A stretch of DNA of 64,000 nt from Haliotis rufescens (Eukaryota). The notes under the pieces are model-generated. The model had not been told where the DNA came from. It did no database searches and saw only the letters and a list, made by a program, of their open reading frames with translations. The stretch spans positions 58,466,001 through 58,530,000 of the forward strand of contig NW_025964223.1 in assembly GCF_023055435.1 (NCBI RefSeq), given 5' to 3'. Numbering within the stretch: position 1 is the first letter of the stretch; each line of letters opens with the position of its first letter. Shown piece after piece: positions 38,499 through 51,370 of the stretch. Position numbers and translations under genes: made by a program.

Positions 38499-38649
38499 AT
38501 ATTATTAGTTATGGTGTCTTTACGTGTCATACGGTGTCATATAAGGTTAGGAGAAAATATTGTGCCTTGCCCACGCCTCGCCCAATATATTTCTCCAAAC
38601 CTAATATGACACCGTATACGGCAACTAAAGACACCATAACTAATAATAT
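38499..38649. mobile_element. Fold-back palindromic element
   Basis: atattattagttatggtgtcttta...taaagacaccataactaataatat arms. Confidence 0.75.
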
Positions 38650-39106
38650 GAAGTATTATATTGAGCCTTGTTATACTAATTTCTAACGGTTTTGGTGAGA
38701 CTCTGGTGATGTTCTACAGCTGTCCTACAAAATCCCAGGCCACCCCCATTGTCCTCGAACTCGGTGTCGCGAAAGAGAGTTGTCTCCCCCTAATAACTGG
38801 AGGGAGCATTTGTCACCACGCATCTTTGTGGAGGAAGGTTAATGGGAAACGTTCGTCCTCACTAGTGTCCCATGGTCCAACCCTATGTCGTTGTCATTCG
38901 GTGCACAAGTAGTTGTTACTTGACAAACTTGATAAACAGCACGTATGTAATCAACATTATCTATTCCTACAAGATATGTCCCGTCACGCGGTGTTTGTCC
39001 ATCTGAGCACCATTGTGGCGACACATTTATTGAAACATCTGTTTCTTATTATTGACGTCAGGGAAAGAAGTAGTATATTAAATCTGTCAACATTTGTATC
39101 ACCTGT

Positions 39107-39383
39107 TGGGGGCACGGGTGACCGAGTAATCTAAGGCGCCGCGATTCGCTGTGCAGAGTTGCGTCCCTTAGGCACGCCAGAAAACAATGATTGTGGGTTC
39201 GAATCCCGGTTCGCCCCGATTATGTCTCTAGATTTGTCAGCACCATACCCGTGCTCGTGGGTTTCACCGAAGTGGTAAACGTCTGAGACCTGCATCACTT
39301 CGGGCTTTCCTCCTACATTAAGCTGACACGCCGTGATATAATAATGTTAAAAGCGGCGTTAAACCCAACTCACTCACTCACTC
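39107..39383 (+). mobile_element. SINE family C
   Basis: Full-length consensus match. Confidence 0.9.
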
Positions 39384-39805
39384 ATTGTATCTCCTGGTAT
39401 GAATTTCATATTCACACGCCATCCTTAAAACAATGACTATCATGTGTAAATGTGCAATTTGTATTTAAATATCAAAATCTACAGTCCTTCACCTTTTTGT
39501 CCCGCGACTTCGCTCATCACATATATTCTGTAATACACTGGTTTACACGGTTTGTTACGGGTACTCGTCTTGTTGTCATTAAGACACACCCAGTTGAACT
39601 GCACTTTATATAAAAGCTATTATATGCGTAAATTTTTAAATGGATCCGGCGGTCAAGTTTGGTGACTTGATTGCTGACATCGTACCCCTATCGTGGGATG
39701 TAGCTCAAACCGTCAATCACTGGTTTATCGGGTCCAGACTCAATTATTTACATACCGTCGTCATATAACTGCAATATTGGATGATGTTGAGTTCAAAAAC
39801 AAACA

Positions 39806-39972
39806 GGGCGGTCGGGTAGCCTAGTGGTTAAAGCGTTCGCTCGTCACAACGAAGACCAGGGTTCGATTCCCGACATGGGTACAATGTGTGAAGCCCATTT
39901 CTGGTGTCCCCCGCCGTGATATTGCTGGAATATTGCTAAAAGCGGCGTAAAACTATACTCACTCACTCACTC
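39806..39972 (+). mobile_element. SINE family A
   Basis: Near-consensus; TSD tcaaaaacaaaca (inserted in the tail of an old family B copy). Confidence 0.92.
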
Positions 39973-40444
39973 AAAAACAAACAAATAAAAAGTTATGCAA
40001 GTTTCTACTGCCAGTGGTGCTGTGTGATAACAGGTGTTATCTCGCCAGGTGCCAATCCTAGTTTATGTGCACTACTAAAGACGTGCACGTCTTGCTATCA
40101 TGCTTTCGTGACATATGCTGTAATGGTTTCATTTCATATTCCTTTGCCAACATAAGTTAAAAAAGGGTCGGTATGGGGCGGGTGAGGTGGCATTGGTTTT
40201 AACGTCGCGTGCATGCACGCCGCTAAAGAAGTGAAATACTCGTGATGTTAAACCCCATTTCACCTCACCCCCATCTCCATTCCTTAACAATTAGGCGTTA
40301 TTATTGTTACCAGTATAGGGTATGAATGTATTCATATAATATATAGGAAATATATAGGAAACCCAAATCAAACCGACTACAGCTCCATCATCCCGCGTCA
40401 CACCGAAAGACTGTGACTGATGAACCCGCCTACGCCTTGCCCTA

Positions 40445-41135
40445 ACAGCATCTGGACCTGCCCCCCTTCCTCCAACCTCCACCTCACCTTGTCCCACCTC
40501 CTCTCACCTCCTCCAACCACCACCTCACCTTGTCCCACCTCCTCCTCCTCCTCTCACCTCCTCCAGCCACCACCTCACCTTGCCCTGCAGCATCTGGGCC
40601 TGCCCCCCTTCCTCCAACCTCCACCTCACCTTGTCCCACCTCCTCTCATCTCCTCCAACCACCACCTCACCTTGTCCCACCTCTCACCTCCTCCAACCAC
40701 CACCTCACCTTGTCCCACCTCCTCCAACCACCACCTGACCTTGTCCCACCTCCTCCTCCTCCTCCTCTCACCTCCTCCAACCACCACCTCACCTTGTCCC
40801 ACCTCCTCTCACCTCCTCCAACCACCACCTCACCTTGTCCTGCAGCATCTGGGCCTGCCTCCATTCCTCCAACCACCACCTCATCTTGTCCCACCTCCTC
40901 TCACCTCCTCCAACCACCACCTCACCTTGTCCCACCTCTTCTCACCTCCTCCAACCACCACCTCATCTTGTCCCACCTCCTCTCACCTCCTCCAACCACC
41001 ACCTCACCTTAACCTGCAGTATCTGGACCTGCCCCCACCCACCCCCCACCCCCACCCCCCTGCCCTCTTCCACCAACCACCACCTCACCTTGTCCTACCA
41101 GCATCTGGACCTGTCCCCTTTCCTCCAACCTCCAT
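40445..41135. repeat. C-rich compound minisatellite
   Basis: ccaccacctcaccttgtcccacctcctctcacctcctccaa units. Confidence 0.9.
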
Positions 41136-41147
41136 TCAATCACCTTA

Positions 41148-41432
41148 GAGTGAGTGAGTGAGCGGGGTTTAACGCTACTTCGGACAGAATTCAAGTCATA
41201 TCACAGCGTGTCAGCTGGAGGTGGGAGGAAAGCCCGTAGTGATGCAGGTGTCTGACGTTTACCACTTTGGTGACACCAACGAGAACGGGTATTATAGTGC
41301 CGACAAACTTCGAAACATAATCGAGGCAAACCGGGATTCCAAACCTAAATCAGAGGTTTCTGAGGCGTCCAAGGGATGCAACTCTGGACAGCGAAATGTG
41401 GCGCCTTAGACGATTTGGCCACCTGTGTCCCC
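41148..41432 (-). mobile_element. SINE family C (diverged)
   Basis: Consensus match on minus strand. Confidence 0.8.
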
Positions 41433-41833
41433 ATGAAGATCCGGATTAGAAAACATCAGCAGCAACCCATGCTTGGCGTATAAGGCGACTAAGAGCATGC
41501 CATGGTATCCCAATTTCTCTTCCTTAAACATAAATCTGTTCAACTATAGTCAGTAAACACACAAATACAGAAAATATACATCAACGTCCGTACATAGCAG
41601 TGATCAGTTTTTGGGAGATGAAGTTCCCTCCTTACAACACAACCCGCAATGTGTAGAATTGAGCTAGATTTGCATCAGTGAGTGAGGGTCCAATGCAACT
41701 TTGATCTTTATTTCAGTCTCAGCAGCGTGTCAGTTTATTGTGGGTGACCCATGTCACAAACGTTTTACTACAATAATCGTGTGTGACAAAAGGGACAAAC
41801 AAGGACAGTCGTCGTGGACTCGACTTTTAATTT

Positions 41834-42114
41834 GGGGGCACAGGTGGCCCAGTCGTCTAAGGCGCCGCGATTCGCTGTGCAGAGTTGCGTCCCTTGGGCA
41901 CGCCAGAAACCTATGATTGTGGGTTCGAATCCCGGTTCGCCCCGATTATGTTTCTAGGTTTGTTAGCACCATACCCGTGCTCGTGGGTTTCACCGAAGTG
42001 GTAAACGTCCGAGACCTGCATCACATCGGGCTTTCCTCCCACATTAAGCTGACAAGCCGCGATATAACTGGAATACTGTTAAAAGCGGCGTTAAACCCAA
42101 CTCACTCACTCACT
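41834..42114 (+). mobile_element. SINE family C (young)
   Basis: TSD actcgacttttaa. Confidence 0.92.
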
Positions 42115-42584
42115 CGACTTTTAAGTAATGCCAATCAAGCAATAGATCGGCCAGCGAAAAGGGGAGGCAACTCTGCACCGCGAACTTCTTGGCCTCACGT
42201 GATTGGCGTCTGTGTCTAGTTTTGGTGTGGTTGTCTATCCATACATCTGAGCATCTGTGTGTCTTCTGGCCGTTTCGACGCCGACTCAGTGTAGCATGTG
42301 ACCTGAAATGCACAGGCAGGCAGGGACAGCCAGAGAAAACAGGCAATGATAGGCCCTCTCAGTCCTGTGAGATGCTACTTGACCCAGTTGCAGGGGTTAA
42401 AGATCACATACATGTGTTATTGTTGTAGATAAGGGAAGGTCATCTTCACTGATACCGATCTGTGAACAACATTATGTTTGTACAAACACCTGTTGTATCT
42501 GTATTTGTGACCTGTGGATATATTTGAAATCATTTGCACAGAAATCTGTAATTAATATCAATAAAATAATTCCAGATTTTCATC

Positions 42585-42760
42585 GAGTGAGTGAGTGAGT
42601 GAGTGAGTATGGTTTTACACCGCTTTTAGCAATATTCCAGCAATATCACGGCGACGGGCACCAGAAATGGGCTTCACACATTGTACCCATGTCGGCAATC
42701 GAATCCGGGTCTTCAGCGTGACGAGCGAACGCTTTAATCACTAGGCTACCCGGCCGCCCC
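42585..42760 (-). mobile_element. SINE family A
   Basis: Consensus match with (GAGT)n. Confidence 0.9.
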
Positions 42761-43358
42761 TAGATTTCCTTGGATTTCCTTGGAAGCTGCTGTGGACTCC
42801 CCATGAACGATATATCTGAACTGAACTCACCTTGGAAACGCTACATCTGAACTGAGCTCGACCTAGAAACGATTCATATATGTGATTGATTTACACATAC
42901 ATGTTTGATTTGTAAAATAATATTTTGATGTACTTTTATATGCATGTACTTGTTCCATCACTAATAAGGGTTATCACCTGTCTTCACTGATAACACATCG
43001 TTACATGGATGTGATATATCAGTTACACAGGGGGCGAAGAACAGGTAGTGAGATTGTAAATCCGTACGTCACATCGGCACCATACAAGGTGACCTCGTAT
43101 TGACCTCGTTTTGATAAGATAACTGTGACCTTGAAGCGGCCATGTTGGAATATCAAAATAGTCAATATGCAATAGAAAGTCCACTCATTTGAACAACGGG
43201 TATCTGACGAGTACTAGTTTAGTATCATATATTTACATTTGACATAAATAAGCAAACGATATAAAGAATTTAGAAAAATGCATTCTTTGTATCGGAAAGT
43301 CTACCCCATTTTTCCCACACAAAGAAATATTCAACATCCTCCCTTTCATTTAACTCAC

Positions 43359-43604
43359 AACCCGAGAAGATCCGGGCTAGAATAAGTCATCAGAAACCTA
43401 TGCTTGCCGAATAAGGCGACTATGCTTGTCGCAAAAGGCGACTAACGGAATCGGATGGTCATGCTCACTGACTTGATTGATGCATGTCATCGTATTCCAC
43501 TTGCGATTGTTTGGTCCAGACTCGATTATTTACAGACCGCCGTCATATAGCTGGAATATTGCTGAGTGCGGCGTTAAACAACACACAAACAAACAAAACA
43601 AACA
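43359..43604 (+). mobile_element. SINE-like family B
   Basis: Consensus match with internal deletion. Confidence 0.8.
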
Positions 43605-44303
43605 TTTTACTTAGCAAGGTACTGTATAAGTCGAAAACTGTTTTATTGCGCATTTGACAAGACAGGACAATAGGTATGACTCATGGGCCGTTCACTGGCA
43701 GCGCTCCAACCTGAGCATCGTCCCATGATCCTGTGTGTGTGCGTGAACATATATGCTTTGCGTACTTGCGTTTATTTACGTGTTTATTCTGTGTGACTGT
43801 GATGTTAACTCATTCGATACAGACCATGTTCTGGTACTGAATTTGCAAATTGTTCATATCATTCTAAAAGCAGGTGACTGTCAATTGCGCTATGCCAGGT
43901 TGAACGCAGATCGCTCGATAACAACGCGACTAGCAAACCTTCACTATAACAACGTAACTTCGTTTTATCGCGGAACCAGCATAGATCTTGACATCAATGC
44001 AATAAACCGACTGGAACGGCTGAGCTATCGGAAGTCTATGAGGCAGATTGTTTCAACCAGATAACTATTCTTTAGCCAAAACAAAATCTCCATCAATGTT
44101 TGTAAGTATCATAACACTCAAACATCCCGGGAGTCCCGGGATCCACGAGCACGTGGGATGGTGATGTGACACAGTGGTCACCTGACTGCTTGGAAACCTT
44201 TGGCCTCAAACTGTTTAGTTGTCTTAATGTGATAACATGATAACATATATCCCAACAATCAATATTGGTTATCAACAGCCGGCTATACGAGCGTCGGTTT
44301 GTG

Positions 44304-44760
44304 GTTGGTTGGTTGGTTTGTTGTTTAACGCCGCACTCAGCAATATTCCAGCTATATGGGGGCGGTCGGGTAGCCTAGTGGTTAAAGCGTTAGCTCGTCA
44401 CGCCGAAAACCCGGGTTCGATTCCCGACATGGGTACAATGTGTGAAGCCCATTTCTGGTGTCCCCCGCCGTGATATTGCTGGAATATTGCTAAAAGCGGC
44501 GTAAAACCTCACTCACTCACTCACTCACTCACTCCAGCTATATGACGGCGGTCTGTAAATAATCGAGTCTGGACCAGACAATCCAGTGATAGTTATCATG
44601 AGCATCGATCCACGCAATTGGGATCGATGACATGCATCAACCAAGTCAGCGAGCCTGACCACCCGATCCCGTTAGTCGCCTTTTACGACAAGCATAGTCA
44701 CCTTTTACGGCAAGCATGGGCTGCTGAAGACCTATTCTACCCCGGAATCTTCACGGATCG
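44304..44760 (-). mobile_element. SINE-like family B (split by a family A copy)
   Basis: TSD gtcggtttgtg. Confidence 0.88.
44358..44533 (+). mobile_element. SINE family A nested in a family B copy
   Basis: TSD tccagctatatg at 44347-44358 and 44533-44544. Confidence 0.93.
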
Positions 44761-44849
44761 TGTCGGTTTGTGACTGATGAGTGAACACAGTCAGTTGCAT
44801 CACAAAGTCCCCATCCACACTGGTAATTCCCCAATCTCAAATACAAATA

Positions 44850-45024
44850 CAGTAAACTACGTTTATAACGAACACGCTTATAACGAATTGACCTATATAA
44901 CGAACTAATTTTTTAGTCCCGACCATTTGTTGTTTAAATGCTGTATATATGCTTTTAACGAACTACGGTTATAACCAACTGAAATTAGAGGTCCCTTCGA
45001 GTTCGTTATAACCGTAGTTTACTG
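44850..45024. mobile_element. Tc1/mariner(pogo)-type MITE
   Basis: TA-CAGTAAACTACG...CGTAGTTTACTG-TA with internal TATAACGAA repeats. Confidence 0.8.
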
Positions 45025-45463
45025 TATCAGATGATATTTCATGAATATATTTGTGATGCAAATAATCGTTCTGTAGTTGAGAGTAGGTGCCTTGCATCTG
45101 TTTCACGACGACCTGTAAACAATCGAGACCAAGCAAACCAGTGGCTAATAGCATGAGCAAAGATCCAGTCAGTCCCACATTGTGACCCACCGATCCGCAT
45201 TTATATTGGCATAAAACCAAACATAGGTACTGAGGGTCAATATATTTTGTAACCCCCTAATTTAATACTAAACACAGAGTTCAGACAAGCAAAAGAAATC
45301 CAATTAAGTTTGTGTTGCTCAGATACAAATACGTATGAAAACCCATTAGCATAACAACGCTCTGTATAATTAATCGACTTGCGTGTATATATTTCTTTAC
45401 AGATATATTTACTGATCGAAAGTTGGTACCACACATGAACTAAGCTGCAGTGAATATTATATA

Positions 45464-45610
45464 GTGAGTGAGTGAGTTGGGTTCAACGTCGCTTTTAACA
45501 GTATTCCAGTTATATCACGGCGTGTCAGCTTAATGTGGGAGGAAAGCCCGATGTGATGCAGGTTTCAGACGTTTAACACTTCGGCGAAACCCACGAGCAC
45601 GGGTATGGTG
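45464..45610 (-). mobile_element. SINE family C, 3' part
   Basis: Consensus match. Confidence 0.8.
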
Positions 45611-45722
45611 AATAATATATAAAAAAATGACCGTCTATTTTTTCGTTAATTGGACATATACATGACTGTTGTAAGTTTATGATACATGTTACAGACTTGG
45701 GGTAACATCCCAATACATATTA

Positions 45723-47163
45723 TACTCAACAACAAAAGTTCCTGTGACACCAATATTTTAGTGTATTTTTCAAACAAGTAAAATTTGGTTTTCAATATTG
45801 TAGGACATGTATGGAATCAAGTCACAAAAACGAAATTGCTGCAGAAAAGCATGCATTCCATGCAAAAGTTGACTTTTATGCAAGCCCCATGCATTTCACT
45901 ACCCAAGAATGGGTATAAAAACATGTGCGTTAACGGGATTCCATATGGATTGTTTAGCATCGTGCTGACAACAACCACTCAGAAAAACCACAAAATTTCG
46001 CAAAATATTCAACATTACGAAATGCCATGCCTGTCCGAAAATGAGCGTCTGCAAGCCATTGGTATGCTTGAAGCAGGGTCGAGTCAACGTGATGTTGCAA
46101 GACAATTTAACGTCCACAGAAACACCATTTGGTGTTTATGGCAACGTTGGCAACAGACGAATGCAGTCGGAGACCATCCTCGGAGTTGCAGGCCAAGCGT
46201 AACCAATAAACGACAAGACAACACACCTACGAAATCGATTCCAGCCAGCAACAGTGACTGCAAGAAGCATCCCTGGACTTCGACGAATATCTTCACAAAC
46301 CGTACGTCGTCGCCTCAGATGTGCAGGGATTGTGGCCAGAAGACCCGCCAGATGTCCCATTTTGACAGGAAACCACCGTCAAGCACGTCTACAGTGGTGC
46401 AGACAGCGTCTACGCTGGACGGCCATGCAGTAGGGACAAGTTCTATTCACTGACGAGTCTCGTTTTCACCTCAACCACAGCGATGGACGGATTCGAGTGT
46501 ACCGACGTCGAGGTGAACGTTACGTCAATCATTGTGTCATGGAAGAAGATCGGTTCGGGGGCGGCAGCGTTATGGTATGGTGTGGGATTACAGCAAGACA
46601 GAGGATTGATAGTGGTAGAAGGAAATCTCAATGAACAGCGCTACCGCGGCCCTGCTGTTCTACCGTTTTTGCGTCGTCATGGCCCAGGCATTACCTTTCA
46701 AAATGACAACGCCCGGCCTCATATTGCTCGACTTGTTCAGGATTCTCTTCAACAAAACAACGTGAATGTCATCCCCTGGCCGGCTTGCTCCCCTGATCTC
46801 TCACCAATCAACCACGTGTTCCACAGACATTCCAGGAACTTCGAAACATGCTCCAGCAGATATGGACAGACATCCTACAGGACTTTGTGCGACGCCTGGT
46901 CCATTCCATGAGGCGAAGATGTGTTGCTTGCATCGCAACCAGAGGTGGACACACACGCTATTGATTTGTAAATTGACATTTTGGCATGTTCATGATTTTT
47001 TTTATGAAATCACGCATTTTCTGAAGTCAGTATGGCAAATTAAACCATTTGAACACTTACAGGTGTCTTTTATATGTTGCAAATCGAAATTGTTTCAAAT
47101 TTGGTTTTACATAACTTTGCATTAAATCTTATTCAATGTCACAGGAACTTTTGTTGTTCAGTA
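45723..47163 (+). mobile_element. Tc1-family DNA transposon, defective
   Basis: Terminal inverted repeats TACTCAACAACAAAAGTTCCTGTGACA / TGTCACAGGAACTTTTGTTGTTCAGTA with TA on the left; transposase remnants inside. Confidence 0.93.
46022..46964 (+). pseudogene. Tc1-type DDE transposase pseudogene
   Basis: HTH region MPCLSENERLQAIGMLEAG..., VLFTDESRF, GGGSVMVWCGI, FQNDNARPH, WPACSPDLSPI, RGGHTRY*; split by frameshifts and an in-frame stop. Confidence 0.92.
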
Positions 47164-47585
47164 TTTATAAATTACAAGTCTCTTGAAACAGCATTTTAAG
47201 CAGACCTATGTTAAAATAATATCTACTTATTGGTGTAAACATACCCAAATGACAGGACCCAAGGGAGTAATATTTACTGAATACCCCCCCCCAAAAAAAA
47301 ATAACAAAAACCCCACGTGAATGGTAACTTGGGAGTGAATACACAAAGGATGAAAAAATGTCCGGAGTCACATGGCCAGGAAGTTAGCCAACAATGGGAA
47401 ACTGTCACTTGACTGAAACACATTGTGACAGTTGCACTATAAGGAAATTATTACCACAGTTGATCCATGAACAGTTTCCCTGTAGCGTAGCTTACCACAA
47501 TTATATTAATTTATTTAACAATGGCAGCAACAACTTGATCTATTTAGTTGAATTATGTTTGAAGACAATCAACATATGCATTTTT

Positions 47586-47850
47586 GACCCGTGAAGATCC
47601 GGGGTAGAATAGATCTCCAGCAACCCATGATTGCAGTAATAGCGACTATGCTTGCCGTAAGAGGCGACTAACGGGATCGGGTGGTCAGGCTGGCTCACTT
47701 GGTTGATGCCTGTCATCGTTTCCAAATTGCTTGGATCGATGCTCATGATATCAATCACTGGATTGTCTTGTCCAGACTCGATTATTTAAAGACCGCCGTC
47801 ATATAGCCGGAATATTGCTGAGTGCGGCGTTAAACAACAAACAAACAAAA
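47586..47850 (+). mobile_element. SINE-like family B
   Basis: Starts GACCCGTGAAG; flanking aacatatgcat duplication. Confidence 0.88.
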
Positions 47851-47940
47851 CATATGCATCATTCGGGGGATAAACCTATTCTGTGTTGTCATCTAAAACG
47901 GAATGCGTTCAACTATGATTCAAGTCAACACTTAAAAACA

Positions 47941-48104
47941 GGGGGCGGTCGGGTAGCCTAGTGGTTAAAATGTTAGCTCGTCACGCCGAAGACCCGGGTT
48001 CGATTCCCGACATTGGTACAATGTGTGAAGCCCATTTCTGGTGTCCCCCGCCGTGATATTGCTGGAATATTGCTAAAAGCGGCGTAAAAACCTCACTCAC
48101 TCAC
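47941..48104 (+). mobile_element. SINE family A
   Basis: Near-consensus; TSD cacttaaaaaca. Confidence 0.92.
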
Positions 48105-48245
48105 TTAAAAACAGGATAGGTTTGTCTGTGATCATGACGAAAATTCGTACCTAAAAAGGACTCTTTCTCGTACACACGTATTCCCTACAGCGAGGCGGTC
48201 AGAAGTAGTTAATGCTGTTTATAAGCACTTTCAAATGAGCAAGAT

Positions 48246-48317
48246 CATCTTCCCCAGTTCGGCAAGGGTGGAAACTGGACTTTTATAGTCAGTTAACTCT
48301 CTTGCCTCGGGGAGATG
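48246..48317. mobile_element. Internally deleted derivative of the 36262 MITE
   Basis: catcttcccc fused to agttcggcaaggg...gggagatg. Confidence 0.75.
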
Positions 48318-49049
48318 TAGTAAGATGGACTAATCAAATTAAGATCATCCTTCGATGTCATGGTAGAGTGTGTTTTATTGCTAATGTAGCTCGCCTTCCA
48401 TGACCACTACACAAACACGCAGCACAAGAGGAAGAAGGGAAAGATGGGGTGGCCGTGTGGTTAAAGCGTTCGCTCGTCACGCCGAAACCCATGTTCGATT
48501 CCCCACATGGGTACAATGTGTGAAGCCTATTTCTGGTGTACCCCGATTGGTATAGTGTTCAGAAACTACAACAGTTCATCTGTGTCAGATTTATCTGCGT
48601 CGCACTCACCATCCTCGTGAGCGATTCATAAGCGCATCCTTTTACTGCACTATAAACGTGGTGATGAATATGCAATTATATACCACCGTGCGGATGGCGT
48701 TATTAAATCGTGATAAGCCCTTAGGACGTGAAAAACAAATGATAGAAGTATTTGTGCTTCAATCAGAGTTGTATTTTATATGATCTGGCGTTCAGCTGTT
48801 GCTCGTAGATTATAACGACCTCATCATTCAGATGTATCTATCACGTGACTGTTTACGGTTTCAGGACCATAAAGCATATCGGCCGCATCATAAAGCCATG
48901 GAACGACGGCAAATTACAGTCAACACAAAGAGGTGTCTACTTGCAGCAGGTGGTACTGTAGCATGTACATGGTATTGGGTCAGAATGGTGGTGCATGACT
49001 GTCCTGTTCATAAATAGATGGGTGATTGGTGTCTGATTATGGTGTATAG

Positions 49050-49892
49050 GATCGGTACAGACAAAGAGACGGTCGGTGTCTGTATGGTGTCTAGTGTCGG
49101 TACAGATTAAGATAGACGGTCGGTGTCTGTATGGTGCCTAGGGTCGGTACAGACAAAGAGACGGTCGGTGTCTGTATGGTGCCTAGGGTCGGTACAGACA
49201 AAGAGACGGTCGGTGTCTGTATGGTGCCTAGGGTCGGTACAGACAAAGAGACGGTCGGTGTCTGTATGGTGTCTAGGGTCGGTACAGACAAAGAGACGGT
49301 CGCTGTCTGTATGGTGTCTAGTGTCGGTACAGAACAAGATAGACGGTCGGTGTCTGTATGGTGTCTAGGGTCGGTACAGACAAAGAGACGGTCGGTGTCT
49401 GTATGGTGTCTAGTGTCGGTACAGATTAAGATAGACGGTCGGTGTCTGTATGGTGTCTAGGGTCGGTACAGACAAAGAGACGGTCGGTGTCTGTATGGTG
49501 TCTAGTGTCGGTACAGATTAAGATAGACGGTCGGTGTCTGTATGGTGTCTAGGGTCGGTACAGACAAAGAGACGGTCGGTGTCTGTATGGTGTCTAGTGT
49601 CGGTACAGATTAAGATAGACGGTCGGTGTCTGTATGGTGTCTAGGGTCGGTACAGACAAAGAGACGGTCGCTGTCTGTATGGTGTCTAGTGTCGGTCCAG
49701 ATTAAGATAGACGGTCGGTGTCTGTATGGTGTCTAGGGTCGGTACAGACAAAGAGACGGTCGCTGTCTGTATGGTGTCTAGGGTCGGTACAGATAAAGAT
49801 AGACGGTCGGTGTCTGAATATGGTGCCTAGGGTCGGTACAGACAAAGAGACGGTCGGTGTCTGTATGGTGTCTAGGGTCGGTACAGACAAAG
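49050..49892. repeat. 45/47-bp minisatellite
   Basis: gtcggtacagacaaagagacggtcggtgtctgtatggtgtctagg. Confidence 0.96.
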
Positions 49893-50383
49893 ATCGGGGT
49901 TTGGATTGGGTCTGATTGGGTGGGATCAGCGCTCCTGTAACGTTGTGTCCTCGTCCTTAACGAGATCCTCTATTACGGCTTTCACGTCGCATTTCTCGTC
50001 GACCGACTCCATGAGTTAATCCCGCCTCATGACAAAAAGTACATGCCTACACGTTAGCCTCTATCCCACTGCTTGGTGGACCCATTGTTACAGCATTACA
50101 TAATTCATTACGTCACATACACACTGCATCGTCACGCTGACGCACATTGCCGTGACATTCGTTACAAGACAACATTGCGGGCCTTCTGCGACGCAAGCAC
50201 GACAGAAAGGCTGACCTAACTTCTATATAACACCTAGCCTTCCTCCTGAGCAACGTTTGTTTAAACCTCACCTGAAGCCTACACAGGGCCGCCAGCAACA
50301 ACGACTTCATCAACCTCCTCACATTGGCAAGACACTGACTGGACATAGGCTGGACATAGGTCAGTGGCGACTTACATACAGTT

Positions 50384-50608
50384 GGATGGTTGGTATGTTG
50401 TTTAACGTCGCACTCAGCAATATTCCAGCTATATCGAGTCTGGACCAGACAATCCAGTGACAGTTATCATGAGCATCGATCCACGCAATTGGGATACGAT
50501 CACATGCATCAACCAAGTCAGCGAGCCTGACCACCCGACCCCGTTCGTTGCCTCTTACGGCTAGCATGGGTTGCTGGAGACCTATTCTACCCCGGATCTT
50601 CACGGGTC
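50384..50608 (-). mobile_element. SINE-like family B
   Basis: TSD tacatacagtt at 50373-50383 and 50609-50619 abuts the GACCCGTG start. Confidence 0.9.
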
Positions 50609-51210
50609 TACATACAGTTAATGATATTATATTCTGACAAATGTTCTATTCGGGATTACACTTTCTCAGTAAAGTACAAATTCTAGTACTGTTTTGGGTT
50701 GAGTCCCACCCGGGATTAGTGATTAGCTGCCTTGCTCTGAGACCCTATCTGTTATTTGATCACTTTCTGAAAGTCATTGAGTATAATATTCTTTATCATT
50801 TAACTTAAGCATTTATCCATGACATAAGCTTATGACATAAAAACATGTATGTCATACCCCAATGACATAAGTATGCAAATTAGATATGCAAATTAGATAA
50901 CCGGAAGAGGGAGCGGTTTGATTTGAAACTATATATTATAAGTGAAGTTACACCAGAGATATAATCAGATTACACAGAATCGTTGTTGTTACCGTTATTA
51001 AAGTTTCAATTATTCTGCAAAAGTCTGTTCAAGTATTTTGTTTAAAATAATCCGAGGAACTTTTTTTCTCAGCGAATTGTTTATTTTGGTTTACATGGCT
51101 ATGGAACACATGTATCACTACGCACGATCTATACGTAAGATTTCGACAAGTTGCTGATGTTAATGTTTAATGCAATTATTCCTTTATTTTGAAGCAAAAA
51201 TGTGAAAATG

Positions 51211-51370
51211 ATAAATAGAATTCATCACTCGTGTTTTTTAATATGGGAAATATCAACCTCGTCCCGTTAATCGGTATTTGCCTCGCCAAAGGCTCGGCAA
51301 ATACCGATTAACTAAGACTCGGTTGATATTTCTCATATTAAAAAACACTCGTGATGAATCCTCTATTTAT
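51211..51370. mobile_element. Fold-back palindromic element (about 160 bp)
   Basis: Nearly complete hairpin ataaatag...ctatttat with periodic CTCG motifs. Confidence 0.8.

Noticed and set aside
40420-41148. Pro/His-rich extensin-like ORF
   Set aside because: C-rich low-complexity repeat open in all + frames; no gene structure.
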